The notes under the pieces: model-generated
The model's database searches: none
Seen by the model: only the letters and a program-made list of their open reading frames with translations
Told to the model about the DNA's origin: nothing
Part shown: piece after piece, positions 8,799-17,224 of the stretch
Position numbering within the stretch: position 1 is the stretch's first letter
Layout: every line of letters begins with the position of its first letter
NCBI GenBank assembly: GCA_964506785.1
Contig: CAZDME010000009.1
Location: forward strand, 1-32,593
Source: an uncultured bacterium
GTDB taxonomy: Bacteria > CAZDME01 > JAYEMH01
DNA length: 32,593 bases
Reading direction: 5' to 3'
Position numbers and translations under genes: made by a program

Positions 8799-10304
8799 TT
8801 AGGCTGCCGGGACGAAATTGATAACTTCCCGATGGAGCTTTTCGTTTTCCCGGATAAATATTTTTTTCCGGAAGCGGCGGGAAATTATTTTAATTTCATC
8901 CTGTTTTTCAGCATTGAGATATTTAGCCAGCTGGGGGTGAAGTTCAATGTAAATTTTCGCTTCTTTAGTTTGAGCGGCGTATTCTTTCACCTTTCGCAAA
9001 ACCAGCAAACCCATAGTGATGACCGTCTTTATTCTCCCTTTACCGCGGCAGTAGGGGCAGGGCTCCTCAACGACTTCAGCCAGGCTTTCCCTCACCCGCT
9101 GGCGGGTCATTTCGACTATTCCGAATTGGCTGATGTTTAAAACCTTGGTTTTGGCCCGGTCTTTTTTTAAAGACTCTTTTAAACATTGTTCCACCTTCTG
9201 GCGGTTTTTAGAAGAAATCATATCGATAAAATCAATAACAATAATCCCGCCAATATCACGGAGACGAAGCTGCCGGGCAATCTCCCGGGCAGCTTCTAAA
9301 TTGTTTTTGAGAGCGGTTTCTTCCAGGTTTTTCTTGCCTTTAAAGCGGCCGCTATTAACATCAATGGCTAGAAGCCCCTCAGTCTGCTCAATAGTAATAT
9401 AACCGCCGGATTTAAGCCATATCTTGGTTTCGAAGATTTTTTCAATTTCTCTTTCCAAATTGAACGCGGAAAGCATCGGTTTCCTGCCGCGATAAAGCTC
9501 GAGCCGGGACCGAAACTGCGGGGCCAAGAGATTTATAACCTTCCTTAAACGCTGATACAAAGGTTTCGAATTAATAACCAATTTTTCCACATCTTCGACC
9601 AGCAAATCTCTAATTACCTTGGAGGGCAAATCCAGTTCCTGGTGTAAAAGTTTGGGATGGGCGATTCTTTTAGAATTTCTTTGAATCTTCTTCCAGAGAT
9701 GGAGAAGATATTTTATATCCCCTTTAAAATCCCTGGGGCTTTTATTTTCGCCTTCGGTTCGAACAATAAAACCGAAATTTTTAGGGGTAATAGTTTCAAT
9801 TATTCCTTTAAGCCTCTTTCTTTCTTCAGGCTCTACAATCTTTCTGGATATACCGATTCCTTCCAATCCGGGCATGAGAACCAGAAACCGGCCCGGAATA
9901 GAAATATATGTAGAGAGCCGTACCCCTTTCTGGCGGTGTGATTCCTTTATCACCTGAACTAAAATTTCATCGCCTGCCTTGAGCTCTTTGTCCAGAGAGT
10001 GGGTATTTTTTTTTCTTCTCCTGAAACTGCCGACTTTCTCTCCCTGGAGTATCCTTTTGAATATTTCTTCATCAGCGCCGGTCAATAAATCGGAATGGTG
10101 AAGAAAACCGCTCCGGCCCAAACCAACATCGACAAAAGCGGCTTCGATACCCGCATGGATGTTCTCCACCCGGCCTTTATAAATGTTGCCGACAACATCT
10201 TTATCCTTTTCTCTTTCCAGATAAAGCGCCTCTAAAACCTTATCCTCAAGAATAGCTACCAAAGTTTCTTTTTCTTCATGGCTAACGACGATAATTTTCC
10301 CCAT
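8799..10304 (-). CDS. rng: Ribonuclease E/G family endoribonuclease (RNase G-sized, no C-terminal scaffold)
   Basis: S1 domain GNIYKGRV...AAFVD, IDVNSG, RLRDIGGIIVIDFIDM, EMTRQR, CPYC Zn-link. Confidence 0.9.
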   Translation of the reverse strand: MGKIIVVSHEEKETLVAILEDKVLEALYLEREKDKDVVGNIYKGRVENIHAGIEAAFVDVGLGRSGFLHHSDLLTGADEEIFKRILQGEKVGSFRRRKKNTHSLDKELKAGDEILVQVIKESHRQKGVRLSTYISIPGRFLVLMPGLEGIGISRKIVEPEERKRLKGIIETITPKNFGFIVRTEGENKSPRDFKGDIKYLLHLWKKIQRNSKRIAHPKLLHQELDLPSKVIRDLLVEDVEKLVINSKPLYQRLRKVINLLAPQFRSRLELYRGRKPMLSAFNLEREIEKIFETKIWLKSGGYITIEQTEGLLAIDVNSGRFKGKKNLEETALKNNLEAAREIARQLRLRDIGGIIVIDFIDMISSKNRQKVEQCLKESLKKDRAKTKVLNISQFGIVEMTRQRVRESLAEVVEEPCPYCRGKGRIKTVITMGLLVLRKVKEYAAQTKEAKIYIELHPQLAKYLNAEKQDEIKIISRRFRKKIFIRENEKLHREVINFVPAA

Positions 10305-10344
10305 AATTAAACTCCTTAAAAAAATCCACCCAACAGCCCTGTAT

Positions 10345-10438
10345 ACACGGATTCCAGAAACTCCCTATAGCTCGGCCGGCGAAAAGCGCGGCAAAATTGC
10401 CTGCCGGCACAGGGGCAGGCCGGGATTTTAATCCGTGT
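10345..10438. repeat. Nested inverted repeats between pilQ and rng
   Basis: ACACGGATT (10345-10353) / AATCCGTGT (10430-10438) enclosing GCCTGCC-N8-GGCAGGC (10399-10420). Confidence 0.7.
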
Positions 10439-12483
10439 CATTCAGTTTGAGTTACGGGTGGCTCTATGTCTTCCTCTGACGGCACTTCTTCTTTTTTCTC
10501 TTTGCCTTCTTCAGGTATTTCTTTTGAGGGGGCTTCCTCTGCCGCACTTAGAGATTTTTCCTGGGGCTCGGCAAGTATTTCTTTTTCCTCAGAGGGAACC
10601 TCTTCTGCCGCACCGGGCGCTTCCTCCCGGGATTCGGCAGGTTTTTCCTCTTTCTCTAAATCCTCAAGTTCTTTTTCTATCTCTTTAAAAGCCTTTTTTT
10701 CCTCTTCGCTTTTTTCTTTCTCAACTAATTCCACCCCTTCATCTCCTTCAAAACTAATCAATTCCTTAGCTATTTCCTCTTTCTCCTTTTTGCCGAAAAC
10801 AGTCGGGGTGACAAAAACAAGAATTTCCTTATCTTCTTTTTCGTGCTTCTGTTTCTTAAAAGCCCAGCCGACCAACGGAATATCGCCAAGGAAGGGAATC
10901 TTAGCGACCGTTTTAACATCCTTTTCATAAATTAAGCCGCCAATAACGACGGTATCACCGCTTTGAACCAAGACCTCAACGTCGGCTTCTTTGGTTTGAA
11001 TAATCGGGTATTCTCCCGAAATTAACTGTTTCCATTCTCCAATTTCGCTCACCTCGGGCTGAATCTTTAAAGTAACCATATCCTCTTTATTAATGGTAGC
11101 GGTCACGGTAAGCTTGGTGCCGACATCCTGGTATTCAACCGTATATTCAGTGCCGGTTTCGGTCGTCTCGGATTTTTGAATGGGAATCTTTTCACCGACG
11201 ACAATATAGGCCTCTTTACTGTGTAAAGTAGCTACCCGGGGATTAGAGAGTATTTTAGTGCCGGCATCAGTTTCCAAAGCCTGCCAGGCAATCTCAAAAT
11301 CATAGGCGTCTAAAACACCCAATTTAAAAAGCCCGCCATAACCATCGGCGCCATCATAGGCACCGGTGGTCGGAAACTGACTTTCAAAACTGCCTGCCTT
11401 ATGATCAATTTCCCGGCGCATTGCCGCCTCCTCTGCTTCGGTATCATAAGGGCCTAACTTATCAAGCATATCTTCAAGATTGTCGCCTTTATAATGGGTA
11501 TGAAGAAGTTTAGTGCCTTTAATCGCCCAGTCAATACCGACATCCTGGGTAAAATTTGTCGAGGTCTCCACAATCCGGGCTTCAATCATTACCTGGGGCG
11601 TCTGGGTATCAATGGAGAGAGCTACCTTTTTCACCTCGGGAAAATTCGAAGGAATTTCCGTAATCACTAAAGAATTGGTCCTGGCATCGATAACCACACT
11701 GCCCCTCTTCGAAAGAACCTTCTCCAGGGAATCTTTAACCTCTTTGGCATCACTGAAATTTAAGGTAACTACCTCGGTAACTAAAGGCTCTTTTTCTTTT
11801 TCTGCTTCCGCCAGCTTAAGTTCCGCCTCTTTTTCCTCGTTTAAACGGGCCACGGTGGTTACCCGAATAACATTTTCCTCTCGTTCGTAAGTGAGCTTAT
11901 TCGCCTTTAAAACCATATCCAAAGCCTGCTCCCAGGGGACATTTTCTAACCGTAAGGTTATTATCCCTTTTACCTCATCCCCCCAAATAATGTTCATCCC
12001 TGTCTGCTGGGCTAAAGCGGCTAAAACATCGGTAACATCGGCCTCCTTAAAAATTAAGTTTACTCTGCCCTGTTCGGATTCCATCGTTTCTTCGCCCGGC
12101 ACCTCCCCCGCTTCAATAAACTCCAGCTCTTCGGGAATTTCCAAATCTAATTCTTCGACAGTAAGCTCTAAAGGCTCCTCTTCAAAATCTGCGGCTGATT
12201 CTTCCTCAAAACCAATTTCTTCAAAGACGGCTTCTTCCTCGGCAGGGGCAATGTCCGGCCAAACTGCGAGTTCTTCCTGAGACGGCTGAACTACGGCCTC
12301 TTCCTGAGAGGCTTCATTTTTTTGTTCTCCTTCAAGCAGAGCCCGGCCGCTTTCTAACTCATCCACCGGGTTTTTTTCTGACGGCTCTTCTCCCTTTTGA
12401 GAAAAAGAATAGCTGGAAAACACTCCTACACTTATGAGTACCAGGAAACTTAATAACCACAGTTTTCTTTTATTCATTTCCAC
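10438..12483 (-). CDS. pilQ: Type IV pilus secretin with acidic N- and C-terminal extensions
   Basis: Signal peptide; N0 (VNLIFKEADV...LRLENVPWEQAL), N3 (IDARTNSLVI), secretin domain (PQVMIEARIVE, ILSNPRV, VVIGGLI, KIPFLGDIPLVGWAF); follows pilMNOP. Confidence 0.92.
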   Translation of the reverse strand: MEMNKRKLWLLSFLVLISVGVFSSYSFSQKGEEPSEKNPVDELESGRALLEGEQKNEASQEEAVVQPSQEELAVWPDIAPAEEEAVFEEIGFEEESAADFEEEPLELTVEELDLEIPEELEFIEAGEVPGEETMESEQGRVNLIFKEADVTDVLAALAQQTGMNIIWGDEVKGIITLRLENVPWEQALDMVLKANKLTYEREENVIRVTTVARLNEEKEAELKLAEAEKEKEPLVTEVVTLNFSDAKEVKDSLEKVLSKRGSVVIDARTNSLVITEIPSNFPEVKKVALSIDTQTPQVMIEARIVETSTNFTQDVGIDWAIKGTKLLHTHYKGDNLEDMLDKLGPYDTEAEEAAMRREIDHKAGSFESQFPTTGAYDGADGYGGLFKLGVLDAYDFEIAWQALETDAGTKILSNPRVATLHSKEAYIVVGEKIPIQKSETTETGTEYTVEYQDVGTKLTVTATINKEDMVTLKIQPEVSEIGEWKQLISGEYPIIQTKEADVEVLVQSGDTVVIGGLIYEKDVKTVAKIPFLGDIPLVGWAFKKQKHEKEDKEILVFVTPTVFGKKEKEEIAKELISFEGDEGVELVEKEKSEEEKKAFKEIEKELEDLEKEEKPAESREEAPGAAEEVPSEEKEILAEPQEKSLSAAEEAPSKEIPEEGKEKKEEVPSEEDIEPPVTQTE

Positions 12484-12868
12484 CGGTTTTGCCCTCCATC
12501 TCCCAAAATATCAGGGAGAAAGTTTTGTTATTATAACTCAAGAACACCCTGTCTCTATCAATCCTTTCAACAACAGCTCCTTCGATTTCATCTCCCGGGC
12601 CCAAAATTTCTCCGTTTATTACTACCAGAGGATTGACCGGACTCCAGAGAATCCCTTCTAATTTCATTTTTGATTTAATCGAAACCGCGCTATAGTTCTT
12701 GAGGCCGATTAAAGGAACAAAAGGGTCTTTGTATTTTCCGATTTCAAGGATAAATTCCTGAAGGTTAATATCAGAGGAATCCTCGTCTTCGTTTACTTCA
12801 TGGCTTAACGCCGGGAAGGTTAAACTCAAAAAGAAAAATAGAAAAAAACAGATAAATCTTTTAGGCAA
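12470..12868 (-). CDS. pilP: PilP-like alignment-complex protein
   Basis: Located between pilO and pilQ; KDPF motif then LEGILWS...VINGE...GDEIEG...V.RI beta-domain; N-terminal hydrophobic signal; TTG start. Confidence 0.7.
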   Translation of the reverse strand: MPKRFICFFLFFFLSLTFPALSHEVNEDEDSSDINLQEFILEIGKYKDPFVPLIGLKNYSAVSIKSKMKLEGILWSPVNPLVVINGEILGPGDEIEGAVVERIDRDRVFLSYNNKTFSLIFWEMEGKTGGNE

Positions 12869-12885
12869 ATTTCTTTCCTTCTTAC

Positions 12886-13491
12886 TTAGGTTAAAGGAGG
12901 CGCTTCCTGGTACATATAGACTTCGATAATCAGCCTTACTTCATGGCGGCTCGGGTCTTCGTTACAACTCCCCTTAATTTCGAAACTAATCACTTTGACA
13001 AATCTTTTAGTTTGTTCCAAACGGAATAGAAACTTCTCCAGGTCATGGAAACCACAGTGCATTTTAACCTCTATCGGCAGGCGTAAATAGGCCCCTTCAC
13101 CACCCTTGCCGGCTAATTCTTCAATCGGACTGGTCCGCTGCGGCCGGATAGAAACAAATTCAATATCGGCTAATTCGACAATATCAGTTAATTCCTCTAA
13201 AAGAACAGGAATATCTTTTTCTCTCGGCAATTTTTTCTCGTATTGAATCAAAGATTCCTTTATGTCATCGATTTCGGCAAGTAACTGCGACTTGCGGGCA
13301 ATCTTGGCCTTAGCCGTAGAAATTTTCTTTTCAAGAGACCCCGCCCGGGAACGATAAGTACGGATAGCCCTGCTCTGCGGCCGGAATATCAAAAAACAAC
13401 TGCCAAAGATAAGGAAAAAAATAAGAACAACTATGGCAACCAGTTTGTTAAGCTGATGTTTTTCTAATTCAGGAATCTTTATTTTAATCAC
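12886..13491 (-). CDS. pilO: Type IV pilus assembly protein PilO
   Basis: TM, coiled coil, KLPREKDIPVLL, LPIEVKMHCGFHDLEKFL...RFVKV; GTG start. Confidence 0.9.
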   Translation of the reverse strand: MIKIKIPELEKHQLNKLVAIVVLIFFLIFGSCFLIFRPQSRAIRTYRSRAGSLEKKISTAKAKIARKSQLLAEIDDIKESLIQYEKKLPREKDIPVLLEELTDIVELADIEFVSIRPQRTSPIEELAGKGGEGAYLRLPIEVKMHCGFHDLEKFLFRLEQTKRFVKVISFEIKGSCNEDPSRHEVRLIIEVYMYQEAPPLT

Positions 13492-13552
13492 TGGCCTTTC
13501 CTTTACCCCCGCCCTTTCCGATAAGGTTAAATATTTCCGGGCGGGAAATAGA

Positions 13553-14212
13553 TTATTTCAGCCTGCAGGCTAATTCAAAATCCATAGCATCCTGCTCTTG
13601 AATGACCTTTCTCTGGGTAAAAATCAATTCTATATCAGAGAAATCTTGAAAAAAATCTTTATCGTCCTTAAGGCTGGTCATAAACTTTCCCACCGAATCA
13701 ATCATCTCTTCACCGGAGAGCGAAATAACCGTCCCTTTAAGAATTATAGTTTGAAAACTTTTTTTAACCCAGGCCACTTGAGAAGCCTCTTTTTTCTTTC
13801 TTCCCTTCCTGGGATCGGGTTTGACCGGCACCTTTACTTTTTCAGTCCGGGTGGTTATATTAAAATCAGCCAGCCAAATAGAAGGGAGAACCTGTCTGCT
13901 CAGTTGATAAAGCTTCCTTGACCAAAGAAGCCTGCTCTGGGCTAAATCCTCTATGGCCTTCTTTTTGCCGTCTAATTCTACCCTAAGCACCTCCAGTCCC
14001 AAAACTTCCTTCTCTTCTTTTCTAATTACATCCCATTCTTTATTTAAACGGCTAAATCTTGCCGATTGAACTTTTACCTGGACACCTAAAACCAAAGAGA
14101 TAACCACAATAATAACCAGCACCCCGACGGCTATGCAAAGAAGCGTCAGAATGTAGGTATTAAATTGACGTTTTCTCTTTAATTCTTCCGGAAGAAGATT
14201 TATTTTTATCAT
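13553..14212 (-). CDS. pilN: Type IV pilus assembly protein PilN
   Basis: Start re-assigned to ATG 14212 (MIKINLLP, the PilM-binding INLLP motif), ATGA overlap with pilM stop; TM, coiled coil, LPSIWL. Confidence 0.9.
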   Translation of the reverse strand: MIKINLLPEELKRKRQFNTYILTLLCIAVGVLVIIVVISLVLGVQVKVQSARFSRLNKEWDVIRKEEKEVLGLEVLRVELDGKKKAIEDLAQSRLLWSRKLYQLSRQVLPSIWLADFNITTRTEKVKVPVKPDPRKGRKKKEASQVAWVKKSFQTIILKGTVISLSGEEMIDSVGKFMTSLKDDKDFFQDFSDIELIFTQRKVIQEQDAMDFELACRLK

Positions 14213-15291
14213 ATAACTTCTAGAGCCCGAAGAGCTAACCCTGTCCCCACACATAAATAAGGCCGGCTGGCTTGGAGATTTTCTTCAGAGAAACGCTTGT
14301 CTATCTTGAAGTTTTTAAATGGATCCCAGCAGGAAACAGGCGAATCTAATATTCTACCGAAGAAATTTTCAATCCCTTTAAGTTTGGCCGTCCCACCGCT
14401 TAAGAAAACCTTAAAAGGCATTTTTTCTACGGCCATGGTCTGGCTTTCGTAATAATCAAAAGAACGCCGGATTTCATTAGCCAGGCTTTCCAATACCGGA
14501 GAAATAGATTCAAAAGACGGGGAAGATTCCCCCTCTATCTTTTCTTTTAACCTTTCCGCCTGTTTAAAAGCAACGTTCAGCCTTTTTGAAATACCGTCGG
14601 TAAGATTGTTCCCCCCCATAGGAATATCCCGGCTGAATTTAGGAATCCCCTTATTTAAAATGCTTACATTGGTGAGACTTGCCCCTATATTGACTAAAGC
14701 GGTCGCCTGGTGAAGATTTGCCTCTTCGTTATTGGCATAAAGAAAAGCATTAATCAAGGCAAAAGAATCAACATCGATTATAACCGGCTTTAAACCCTGA
14801 CTTTCCAGAAGTTCGATATGTTTCTGGATAAAATTACGCTGGGCAGCCACCAGTAAAACCTTCATCTTTTTGCTTTCCTGGTTCTTGGCCTGGTCTAAAA
14901 CTTGAAAATCTAAAATTACATCTTTTAAATCAAAAGGAATGTGGGGCTTGGCCTCAAACTTTACCGCGCTTTCTAAATCGTTTTTAGACATTTGAGGAAG
15001 GTCTATATAACGGACAACTACCGCCGGCCCGGATATTCCGGTAACTACTTCATTATTGGCCAAATTAGCTTTGGCCACGGCCCGCTTCAAGGCTTCACTC
15101 AGGGCATCGCCTGCTTTTCCCTCTTTAACCGGCTCTTCGGAAATCGGCTCAATAAAAAATCTATCTACAAGAAAACCCTTATCTCCCTTAGATATACAGA
15201 CTATTTTTATGCTATTAGTGCCAATATTAAGGCCAGCAGCAACACCGGACCTTAAAGATTTCCTGAAAGGTAGATTGGGTAATTTTAGCAT
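14209..15291 (-). CDS. pilM: Type IV pilus assembly protein PilM (actin-like)
   Basis: GLNIGTNSIK, EAKPHIPF, VLLVAA, IDVDSFALIN, VNIGAS, GGNNLT, LSGGTAKL, GLALR. Confidence 0.95.
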   Translation of the reverse strand: MLKLPNLPFRKSLRSGVAAGLNIGTNSIKIVCISKGDKGFLVDRFFIEPISEEPVKEGKAGDALSEALKRAVAKANLANNEVVTGISGPAVVVRYIDLPQMSKNDLESAVKFEAKPHIPFDLKDVILDFQVLDQAKNQESKKMKVLLVAAQRNFIQKHIELLESQGLKPVIIDVDSFALINAFLYANNEEANLHQATALVNIGASLTNVSILNKGIPKFSRDIPMGGNNLTDGISKRLNVAFKQAERLKEKIEGESSPSFESISPVLESLANEIRRSFDYYESQTMAVEKMPFKVFLSGGTAKLKGIENFFGRILDSPVSCWDPFKNFKIDKRFSEENLQASRPYLCVGTGLALRALEVI

Positions 15292-15361
15292 TTCACACCC
15301 TTAACGCCCATAAATAGAGAAAAATACCTCAGTTAAACCCGGAGAAATTAGGTTAATAGCA

Positions 15362-15391
15362 AGTTTACCATAGTGATTTAGATTATGTCAA
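15362..15391 (-). promoter_or_regulatory. Sigma70-type promoter of pilMNOPQ
   Basis: TTGACA (15391-15386), 18 nt, TAAACT (15367-15362) with TGn extension. Confidence 0.65.
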
Positions 15392-15441
15392 GGAAAAAGA
15401 AAAAAAGCTCTAAAAAAACGGGGAAAATTAGCCGATTATAG

Positions 15442-15472
15442 AAAAAGGGGATAGCCTTTCGGGCTATCCCCT
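15442..15472 (-). terminator. Strong intrinsic terminator after the pilin array
   Basis: AGGGGAUAGCC-CGAAA-GGCUAUCCCCU followed by UUUU; perfect 11-bp stem. Confidence 0.92.
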
Positions 15473-15505
15473 AATCCTTAAGTATTGCTAACACCTCACC
15501 AGCTT

Positions 15506-15883
15506 TTAATAGCTGGAGTAAGGCAGCTCATGGTCATCATATGTATCGGCAGTGGAATTAGTGCCGATACTACAGGTAGGTACAGCATTAACAGCGTTAA
15601 GACTGTACGTACCACTCGAAGGACACTCAGGTTCTATCTTCAAAAAGTCAGACACCAAATCTGTTGTCCCTGGCGCATCAGTTTGTGCCGCACCAGTGCT
15701 CATCGCCCAACGTTCCTTGGCTCCTTCGATTTGCTTCAAGTTAGCAACACAGCTATTTGCTCTCGCTTCTTCTCGGGCGCGTAAAAAGTTAGGAATAGCT
15801 ATAGCAACAAGTAATCCAATAATCGCCACCACGATCATGATTTCAACGAGAGTAAAACCCCGCATACCTTTAAGCTTTCTCAT
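15506..15883 (-). CDS. Type IVa pilin 5 (probable major pilin)
   Basis: MRKLKGMRG|FTLVE class III signal; start re-assigned to ATG 15883, 7 nt after GGAGGT (the track's GTG is part of the SD); directly precedes the terminator. Confidence 0.9.
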   Translation of the reverse strand: MRKLKGMRGFTLVEIMIVVAIIGLLVAIAIPNFLRAREEARANSCVANLKQIEGAKERWAMSTGAAQTDAPGTTDLVSDFLKIEPECPSSGTYSLNAVNAVPTCSIGTNSTADTYDDHELPYSSY

Positions 15884-15909
15884 CTTTCTCACCTCCCTCC
15901 CCTCTAATT

Positions 15910-15982
15910 TAGGTGATAGGCTATAGGACGTAGGTTATAGGTCCTTCCCCTACTGCCTATTACCCAACCAACCTACTACCTA
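15910..15982. repeat. 7-nt-period inverted micro-array between pilin 4 and pilin 5
   Basis: TAGG at 15910, 15917, 15924, 15931, 15938; CCTA/CCCA at 15949, 15956, 15963, 15972, 15979. Confidence 0.88.
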
Positions 15983-16416
15983 TTATAAAGAACATGGTCA
16001 TCCCAGCTGTCTGCGCTGTCATTCGTGCCAATATCACAAGTAGGTAAATTATCAGTGTTGTCAATGGTGTAGTTACCGCCCGAGGGACACCTGGGCTCTG
16101 TCTTTAAAAAAGCCGGAACTAAATCTGACATCTCCGCTTCGTCCCAACGCCCCACATCCATAGCTACCGCCCATCTTTCCTTCGCCCCTTCTATCTCTTT
16201 AAGATTGGCGATACAAGCTTTAGCTTTGGCTTCTTCCCGGGCCCGGACATAATACGGGGCGACTATCGCCGCTAAAACCCCGATAATCAAAACCACTATC
16301 ATTATCTCAACCAGGGTAAACCCTTCTTTAGCGTATAGCAAATATCGTATAGCGTTTAGTAACCCTTTTTTAACTCCCTGTGTTTTGTTTCTTCCCGTTA
16401 ACTCTTCTAAAGGCAC
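15976..16416 (-). CDS. Type IVa pilin 4 (extended leader)
   Basis: KEG|FTLVEIM, P22, hydrophobic alpha1; GGAGGT SD before GTG start. Confidence 0.9.
   Translation of the reverse strand: MPLEELTGRNKTQGVKKGLLNAIRYLLYAKEGFTLVEIMIVVLIIGVLAAIVAPYYVRAREEAKAKACIANLKEIEGAKERWAVAMDVGRWDEAEMSDLVPAFLKTEPRCPSGGNYTIDNTDNLPTCDIGTNDSADSWDDHVLYNR
16319..16367. repeat. Five heptamer units flanked by a 7-bp direct repeat within the pilin 4 leader
   Basis: AACCCTT (16319-16325), CTTTAGC GTATAGC AAATATC GTATAGC GTTTAGT, AACCCTT (16361-16367). Confidence 0.85.
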
Positions 16417-16492
16417 CCCTCACCTCCATCTTATCCAATAATTGCGAAATCAACAATTAAAATTTCAAAATAATATTTTCCCAATTTTAACT

Positions 16493-16849
16493 TTAGAAAA
16501 CGTGGTCATCCCATGTCACGGCTGTGGTGGCAGTACCAATACTACAAGTGGGAATGGCATTGACCGCATTAATGCCATAATTTCCGGAAGCCGGGCAGCT
16601 GGGCCACTCTTCTAAATAAGAAGATAAGTTTGTGCTATTTGGCGTAGCCGACTCAGCGGCATCCGTATCTAAAGCCCACTGCTGTTTAGCCCCATGAATC
16701 TGGTGAAGGTTATTAACACAGACTTTAGCCCGGGCTTTTTTCCTGGCATTGATGAAATTAGGAATAGCCATACTAAGAATAAGACCAATAATCCCGATAA
16801 CGACCATAATCTCAACCAGGGTGAAACCCGATATTCTTTTCTTATTCAT
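16493..16849 (-). CDS. Type IVa pilin 3
   Basis: MNKKRISG|FTLVE; start re-assigned to ATG 16849, 7 nt after GGAGGT. Confidence 0.9.
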   Translation of the reverse strand: MNKKRISGFTLVEIMVVIGIIGLILSMAIPNFINARKKARAKVCVNNLHQIHGAKQQWALDTDAAESATPNSTNLSSYLEEWPSCPASGNYGINAVNAIPTCSIGTATTAVTWDDHVF

Positions 16850-16865
16850 CTTTTTCACCTCCCGT

Positions 16866-17222
16866 TTATTCTAATACATGTCCTTCTTGAGTGCAAGTAG
16901 GATTTTCACCTGCTTTTTGCAGTGTATAAGAATCGCTTGTTTTTGTCGCCGGACAGACTGGTTTCTTCTCCAGATAATCGGTAACGATGTCACTCCAGGT
17001 CATTTCAGTCCCGGTAATTTGATTTTCATCCAAAACCCATTGGTCTTTAGCCATTTTAATCAACCAGAGATTGCCAATACAGCTTTTCGTCTCTGTCTTC
17101 TCTCTCATCTTGGGAATATTGGGAATAGCAAACGCGGCCAGAATACCGATGATAATGAGGACAATCATTATCTCTACCAAAGTTACCCCTCTCTGTTTTC
17201 CCTTTTTCACCTTTCTCACCAT
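16866..17222 (-). CDS. Type IVa pilin 2 (Val at +1)
   Basis: KKGKQRG|VTLVEIM, E5, P22. Confidence 0.88.
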   Translation of the reverse strand: MVRKVKKGKQRGVTLVEIMIVLIIIGILAAFAIPNIPKMREKTETKSCIGNLWLIKMAKDQWVLDENQITGTEMTWSDIVTDYLEKKPVCPATKTSDSYTLQKAGENPTCTQEGHVLE

Positions 17223-17224
17223 CC

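Noticed and set aside
15910-15982. Micro-arrays as CRISPR repeats
   Set aside because: Units are 7-8 nt with no unique spacers, and there are no cas genes in the window
15982-15987. TATAAT at the end of pilin 4 as a pilin 5 promoter
   Set aside because: No credible -35 or TGn extension; it lies within coding sequence (Tyr-Asn codons)
16430-16492. Possible internal promoter TTGGGA-17-TTTAAT before pilin 4
   Set aside because: Weak match in a very AT-rich gap; chance occurrence is likely
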